Below are positions 58,700 to 64,000 of a stretch of DNA of 64,000 nt, in pieces. The notes under the pieces were generated by a model, which was not told the DNA's origin, made no database searches, and worked only from the letters and a program-made list of their open reading frames with translations. Made by a program: the position numbers and the translations under genes. The first letter of the stretch is position 1. Each line of letters begins with the position of its first letter. Where the stretch lies: the IMG/VR virus record IMGVR_UViG_3300030376_006242, one strand, 5' to 3'. This DNA comes from a virus. Lineage: Duplodnaviria; Caudoviricetes.

Positions 58700-59251
58700 A
58701 TGACCAAAAAATTAGAAGAACTACTCAACCTTCCAGAGTCGCAGGAAATAGTAAAAGAAGAACAAGCGAAATCTAAGGCTGAAGACGAAAAAGCACAAAA
58801 GAAATCTCAAAGTATTGACCAACAAAAAAGCACAATGAGAGATATTGCTGAGTTTGATAAAATTGCCGCGGCATTACCAAAAGTTGAAGGCTTAGGAGAA
58901 ATGGGTGATTCTGAATTGGATGATGTGGGTACTAGAGCAATCAATGCCTATGAGGACTTAATGGATTTAGGAATGAATGTAGAAAGTAGATACTCTGCTC
59001 GTATATTTGAAGTAGCAGGCAATATGTTGAAGACAACACTTGACGCCAAAGTCGCAAAAATGGATAAAAAGTTGAAGATGGTTGATTTACAACTTAAAAA
59101 GCAAAAACAAGACCAAAAAGCGGGAGATTCCGACACTAATGTGGTACAAGGCGAGGGATATGTGATATCAGACCGTAACAGTTTATTGGAAAAACTTAAA
59201 AAGATGGATAAATACAACAAAGCAGAAAAAGATGACAAAAATGACAAGTAA
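58700..59251 (+). CDS. Probable terminase small subunit (gp16-like)
   Basis: ARIFEVAGNMLK resembles gp16 PRAYEVAGQLIK; coiled coil; lies upstream of the large terminase. Confidence 0.5.
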   Translation: MTKKLEELLNLPESQEIVKEEQAKSKAEDEKAQKKSQSIDQQKSTMRDIAEFDKIAAALPKVEGLGEMGDSELDDVGTRAINAYEDLMDLGMNVESRYSARIFEVAGNMLKTTLDAKVAKMDKKLKMVDLQLKKQKQDQKAGDSDTNVVQGEGYVISDRNSLLEKLKKMDKYNKAEKDDKNDK

Positions 59252-59825
59252 ATTTGAACAATATCTAGCAGAAAGCACAAAAACGTACCCATTCAAAATT
59301 GGGGTAGCGGGTGATTTGCCAGAAGGTTTCGCTGACACTTTAGAATCAGCACTAGCAAAATTCGTAGTTGTTAAAATGAGCAACGGTAAAAAAACTCCAA
59401 TACAAAAAAGACCATTGGATTTTCCTGCTTTAGAAAACGAAAGAACAACCTACTTTGAAACAGAATTACAATACCCAACAACAACACAAGTTCTACAACA
59501 ATACATCAAAACATACACTGATCTTCCTGAAAGTCATATTATTGTGAGAAATCCAAATGAGCCTCAAGAAGAGTACCAAGCAGAAAAAGATGATGCTCCA
59601 TACGAAGCAAAATTAAATTCAGCATATGAAGACAGCAAAGACGAACAAAAGTCAGCAGGTACAAGCAGAGTAATGGATTTATTAAAGGAATTAGAAAAAG
59701 AAAGAAAAGAAAGATCAGCACCAGATGCCGCAGGTGATATCAAACCAGGCGGTAACGTTATGCCAAATGAAGGCGACAGCAAAAACAAAATGTCACCTAT
59801 TTCAGGCAAGTCGAAAGGTAAATAA
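59232..59825 (+). CDS. Hypothetical protein, possibly a head-internal protein
   Basis: N-terminal FEQYLAES resembles a prohead-protease targeting/cleavage motif; start may be 59241. Confidence 0.7.
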   Translation: MTKMTSKFEQYLAESTKTYPFKIGVAGDLPEGFADTLESALAKFVVVKMSNGKKTPIQKRPLDFPALENERTTYFETELQYPTTTQVLQQYIKTYTDLPESHIIVRNPNEPQEEYQAEKDDAPYEAKLNSAYEDSKDEQKSAGTSRVMDLLKELEKERKERSAPDAAGDIKPGGNVMPNEGDSKNKMSPISGKSKGK

Positions 59826-59829
59826 TAAC

Positions 59830-60285
59830 ATGGACATAAGAGATTTTTTAACAAAAATTGATGCTATTCAAAATAAAGAGCAAATGAAAGAAGATGTAAA
59901 GAAAATACATCTTAACGAAGCATCACAAGTAATGTTGTATGGAGATACTCCAGAAGACATGAATGCTATCGCACAAATTTTCAAAAACGCAGGAGTAACT
60001 CCTCCAGCACCAGTTGAAGGTCCAAAGCCAGAAGAAGCAGAAGCAGAAGAAGTTTCAGCAACTGAAGAAGTTCCAGGCAAAGCAACAACAACACCTAATC
60101 CTGAGTACAAAGACACACAGTACATGACTAAAGATTTATCAGGTGGTCCAAACAGAATTCAAAAAACTTATCCAAAAGTTGCAGGTGGAGATAATCCAAT
60201 GGCAATTAAAACGGATGAAGAAATTGAATCTTCAATTAAAGAAGCACTAGTTCAAGCATACCAAGACTTCAAAAAAAAAGACTAG
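59830..60285 (+). CDS. Hypothetical acidic protein; probable -1 frameshift extension to 60437
   Basis: Start adjusted to MDIRD; ends TTC AAA AAA AAA GAC TAG. Confidence 0.75.
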   Translation: MDIRDFLTKIDAIQNKEQMKEDVKKIHLNEASQVMLYGDTPEDMNAIAQIFKNAGVTPPAPVEGPKPEEAEAEEVSATEEVPGKATTTPNPEYKDTQYMTKDLSGGPNRIQKTYPKVAGGDNPMAIKTDEEIESSIKEALVQAYQDFKKKD

Positions 60286-60437
60286 AACGTAGCCTTACAA
60301 AACCAGAAGAAAAAGCAAAAGAAAAATACGTCAAAGGTATGAAAAAAGCCAAAGGCGATTTTAAAGACCGTTATGGTGACGATGCTGAGGCAGTAATGTA
60401 TGCGACTGCTACCAAAATGGCAAAGAAAAACGCATAA
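60271..60437 (+). other. A9 slippery site and -1-frame extension (LERSLTKPEEKAKEKYVKGMKK...VMYATATKMAKKNA)
   Basis: The -1 frame is open 60240-60437, reads like protein, and has no start codon before its internal Met. Confidence 0.6.
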
Positions 60438-60480
60438 TCAAAAAGCAATACACCACCAATTTTCAGCATAAGTATTATAT

Positions 60481-62064
60481 ATGAGTAATAAAAGTTTAGA
60501 CGGTGTCCTTACCAAAAAAGCACACCAACGTGAAAGGTTTACAGAAGAACAAATAGCAGATTTAGTTGCCTGCTCAAACGAAAAAACTGGCTTCGAAGCA
60601 TTTGCTAAAAAGTTTTTCTTTATACAACATCCTGTAAAAGGAAAATGTATTTTTGAACCTTTTGATTATCAAACAAGATTACTTCACAGTTATCACGATT
60701 TTAGATTTAATATTAATATGCTACCAAGACAAAGTGGTAAGACAACAACTGCCGCTTGTTATCTTTTATGGTATGCTATGTTCCACCCTGACCAAACAAT
60801 TCTAATTGCGGCACACAAATACACAGGTGCTCAAGAAATTATGCAACGTATAAGATATGGATATGAACTGTGTCCTGATTTTGTCAGAGCAGGTGTTACA
60901 AACTACAATAAAGGTTCAATGGAATTTGAAAATGGATCACGTATTGTATCAGCAACTACCACAGGTAACACAGGTAGAGGTATGTCTATATCATTATTAT
61001 ACTGTGATGAGTTTGCGTTTGTAAATCCAGGAATAGCACAAGAGTTTTGGACTTCTATTTCTCCAACACTAGCAACAGGTGGACGAGCGATTATTACTTC
61101 CACACCTAACTCAGATGAAGATGTATTTGCGACTATTTGGCGAGAAAGTCAAAACAAATTTGATGAACACGGCAACGAACAAGAATTAGGAATCAACGGT
61201 TTTCATGGATACACAGCAAGTTGGGACGAACATCCTGAGCGAGATGAAGAATGGAAAAAACAAGAATTAGGACGTATTGGTGAAGAAAGATTTAGACGTG
61301 AGTACGGTTGTGAATTTTTAGTTTACGATGAAACATTAGTCAACAGTTTAGTATTAACAACTTTAGAAGGTGCAGATCCTGTTTTAAATATGGGACAAAC
61401 ACGTTGGTACAAAAAACTTGATCCCCATGCCACTTACGTTGTCGCATTGGATCCAGCAATGGGTACAGGTGGAGACAATGCCGCAATTGAAGTATTTGAA
61501 TTGCCTACATACAAACAAGTAGCAGAATGGAAACACAACACAACGCCTATTCCACAGCAAATTAGAATAATGCGTGACATATGTAACTACATAAAAGAAG
61601 AAACAAAATCATCAGGCTCAAACATATATTGGAGTGTTGAAAACAATACCATAGGAGAATCAGCACTGTTAGTTATAAACGACTTTGGTGAAGACTCTAT
61701 ACCCGGTCTATTTGTATCAGAACCAATCAGAAAAGGACACATAAGAAAATTTAGAAAAGGATTTAATACCACACATAAAACAAAAATCACTGCTTGTTCA
61801 AGATTAAAAAATATGATTGAAAAAGAAAAATTAAAAATTTATAGCAAGCCACTAATTAGTGAACTTAAAAGTTTCATTGCCGCAGGTTCATCATTCAAAG
61901 CAAAATCAGGTCAAACAGATGATTTAGTGAGTGCTACACTGTTAATCATGCGTATTATTAGTGTGCTTAAAGACTGGGATCCAAAAATATACTCGTCTTT
62001 TAGCCAGGCTGATGAAGACACCCAAGACAAGGTGATGCCAATGCCTATATTTGTAAGCCACTAA
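60481..62064 (+). CDS. gp17: Terminase large subunit
   Basis: PRQSGKTT (Walker A), LLYCDEFAF (Walker B), ITSTPN, F-x-REYGCEF, LDPA-x-G-x-G-x-D, VENN, DDLV. Confidence 0.96.
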   Translation: MSNKSLDGVLTKKAHQRERFTEEQIADLVACSNEKTGFEAFAKKFFFIQHPVKGKCIFEPFDYQTRLLHSYHDFRFNINMLPRQSGKTTTAACYLLWYAMFHPDQTILIAAHKYTGAQEIMQRIRYGYELCPDFVRAGVTNYNKGSMEFENGSRIVSATTTGNTGRGMSISLLYCDEFAFVNPGIAQEFWTSISPTLATGGRAIITSTPNSDEDVFATIWRESQNKFDEHGNEQELGINGFHGYTASWDEHPERDEEWKKQELGRIGEERFRREYGCEFLVYDETLVNSLVLTTLEGADPVLNMGQTRWYKKLDPHATYVVALDPAMGTGGDNAAIEVFELPTYKQVAEWKHNTTPIPQQIRIMRDICNYIKEETKSSGSNIYWSVENNTIGESALLVINDFGEDSIPGLFVSEPIRKGHIRKFRKGFNTTHKTKITACSRLKNMIEKEKLKIYSKPLISELKSFIAAGSSFKAKSGQTDDLVSATLLIMRIISVLKDWDPKIYSSFSQADEDTQDKVMPMPIFVSH

Positions 62065-62080
62065 CAGATAAATACACTAT

Positions 62081-64000
62081 ATGAACTTAAATGTTATAGC
62101 AAAAGACCTTTTTAACAAGATTAGAGGGCAATTTCCTCAGGTTACATTGGGTGATTCACAGGGTAAAGCAACCACTGAACCCACTGAAGCAAGGTTCTTT
62201 GACTTCGATTTCAAAGAGGGCGGAAACACTCTAGGAAAGGTAAGTATTAGCATAAGTGAAGAAGATGGCTTGGTTGTAATGCACAGCAAAGACTTTGTAG
62301 AACAGTCAGATGAGCCATTAAAACACGGTTGGTACAACTTTTTAAAAGAATTAAGAAGTTTTGCTAAAGCAAGAGTGCTTGGGTTTGATACAAGAGATAT
62401 CACAAAAAGCAATCTTGAAAAAAGAGACTACGATTTTTTAGGACAAGGAAAAGAGGTAGAAAAAGTGAGCGAATCAAATTTATACGGTACAACAAAAACA
62501 AGTTTTCAATCTGTGGGCGAAGCACGTTTAGTAATTAAACATTCTGCTCCAGTAAATCCAACAGTAGCAGGTGGTAGAACACACAGAATAGAATCTCTTT
62601 TCATAGAAAACAATGCAGGCGAAAGATTCAAATATCCATTTAAACATTTAAACGGTGCTAGAGCAATGGCACGTCACGTATCAGAGGGCGGCAATCCATT
62701 TGACGACTTTGGTAAGCACATTTCTGAAATGAGTTCAGAATTAAATCAATTAAGAAAATTCAAAACATACATGAACAGATCAAGTGTGATGGCAGAAGGT
62801 CTTAAACAATATCAATCTGTTGTAGATGAAAGAATTGAAGAAATTAAATCAAATTGTTTAAAATTACAAAAACAATCAGCATACAAAGAATCATTTGAAA
62901 GTTACAGTAAATCAGAATTAGCAGAAGTTCCAGAAGATGTGAAACAATCTTGGATAGACGAATTAACTATTAAAACATTCAACGAAGAATTACAAGATGT
63001 GTTTCCTTACATCTACAAACTTGTTTCTGAAAGAACAGCAATAGAAGAATTAGGTCCAACATCATTTGAAGCACATGGATACCAAGGTGGAACAGAACCA
63101 AGAACATTAAAATATGATTTAGTTGGCGACTTTGATCCTGAGAATCCAGTTGGAGACATGGATGTAGATAATATTCAAAACTTATTATCCAAAGCAGGAA
63201 TATCAGCAGATGTACAACCAGATGAATCTAGATTCCAGGGCGTAGTTGTACACACAGATACAAATCCAGAAGAAGTTGAAAAAGTTTTAGGCGGAATGAT
63301 TGAGACTGTGGATAACTTTCATGAATTTGAATCAGCAATGGATGATATTGTAAGAGAAGACAATGGTTTATTTTCAGATGATGCTGAAGAACAACAACAA
63401 GCATTAGAACAATTAAACAAATTAATGGCTAAACATTTTCCTGTAGGTATCAATGGTACAAACGGTATTGAAAGTCTAGCAGGTATAATTGATGATCAAG
63501 AATTAAATTCACAAATTCAAAAAGCGGCTAAAGAAAATTCAGATGCTTGTATGCGTCCAATGATAATGGATTATGTATCACAAAAAGATCCTACACTGGT
63601 TTCAAAAATTGACACAGGTGATATGAATAATGAACCTAAAGAAGATGAAGCAATTACATTTGAAGACATCAAACCTTATGTGTCTATGTATCAAGGCAAA
63701 GATGGTAAAATGGTATATGATGTGTTAGGTAAAGATGGCGAGTCAGTAGAAAAATTTGGTGATGCCAAAGCGGCAATGGCTTATTTAAAACAGAATTTCG
63801 ACAAATTAAGAAACAAAGGTGTAAAAGAAAAAACAACAGCACACGATCTAGATACAGATTACGAAGGATCATTTGATTATGAACTTACAGGTGATGATGG
63901 AGAAATGGCTCACGGTACAATCAAATACAAAGCAATCAACGGACAAGTTGATCCTAACAGTTTAGAAGGTGAATACACATACGATGGCAATCATAAAATT
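62081..64000 (+). CDS. Large hypothetical protein, 3'-truncated by the window edge (not in ORF track)
   Basis: MNLNVIAKDLFNKIRGQFP... in frame with ...LEGEYTYDGNHKI at the window end; late box 62068-62074. Confidence 0.85.
   Translation, partial: MNLNVIAKDLFNKIRGQFPQVTLGDSQGKATTEPTEARFFDFDFKEGGNTLGKVSISISEEDGLVVMHSKDFVEQSDEPLKHGWYNFLKELRSFAKARVLGFDTRDITKSNLEKRDYDFLGQGKEVEKVSESNLYGTTKTSFQSVGEARLVIKHSAPVNPTVAGGRTHRIESLFIENNAGERFKYPFKHLNGARAMARHVSEGGNPFDDFGKHISEMSSELNQLRKFKTYMNRSSVMAEGLKQYQSVVDERIEEIKSNCLKLQKQSAYKESFESYSKSELAEVPEDVKQSWIDELTIKTFNEELQDVFPYIYKLVSERTAIEELGPTSFEAHGYQGGTEPRTLKYDLVGDFDPENPVGDMDVDNIQNLLSKAGISADVQPDESRFQGVVVHTDTNPEEVEKVLGGMIETVDNFHEFESAMDDIVREDNGLFSDDAEEQQQALEQLNKLMAKHFPVGINGTNGIESLAGIIDDQELNSQIQKAAKENSDACMRPMIMDYVSQKDPTLVSKIDTGDMNNEPKEDEAITFEDIKPYVSMYQGKDGKMVYDVLGKDGESVEKFGDAKAAMAYLKQNFDKLRNKGVKEKTTAHDLDTDYEGSFDYELTGDDGEMAHGTIKYKAINGQVDPNSLEGEYTYDGNHKI

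Noticed and set aside
34487-60451. AATAC motif about 21-26 nt upstream of several late boxes
   Set aside because: Short, variably spaced and AT-rich; cannot be told from chance without statistics
1-64000. CRISPR array, rRNA/tRNA genes, stop-codon reassignment
   Set aside because: No regularly spaced nucleotide repeats or RNA-gene signatures seen; TAA, TAG and TGA all end full-length genes

Overview
This AT-rich window is the virion morphogenesis region of a large, distantly T4-like myovirus, probably infecting an aquatic Gram-negative host (inference). It starts at the C-terminus of the major capsid protein and continues through about 40 kb of paralogous baseplate, fibre and spike genes. It ends with neck (gp13/gp14), gp15, sheath, tube, gp4 and terminase genes. 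The standard genetic code fits, and no tRNA, CRISPR array or mobile element was seen. Most late genes follow a T4-late-like ATAAATA box. The best candidate for a new system is a virion-decoration locus: three paralogous proteins with about 31 Cys each, two chaperone-like paralogues, and two GT9-like heptosyltransferases whose catalytic Asp is replaced by Arg, flanking a NodU/CmcH carbamoyltransferase. About 10 kb away lies an ADP-heptose operon (hldE, hldD, plus NUDIX, 2OG-Fe(II) oxygenase and cupin genes). Other notable items: an armless phage HemB under a perfect sigma70 promoter, an unannotated 42-aa metallothionein-like ORF, a probable -1 frameshift at an A9 run, two structured 5' leaders, apparently leaderless late mRNAs, and a catalytically dead esterase inserted into a cupredoxin-like virion domain. 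All family assignments come from motif recognition by eye, not database searches.
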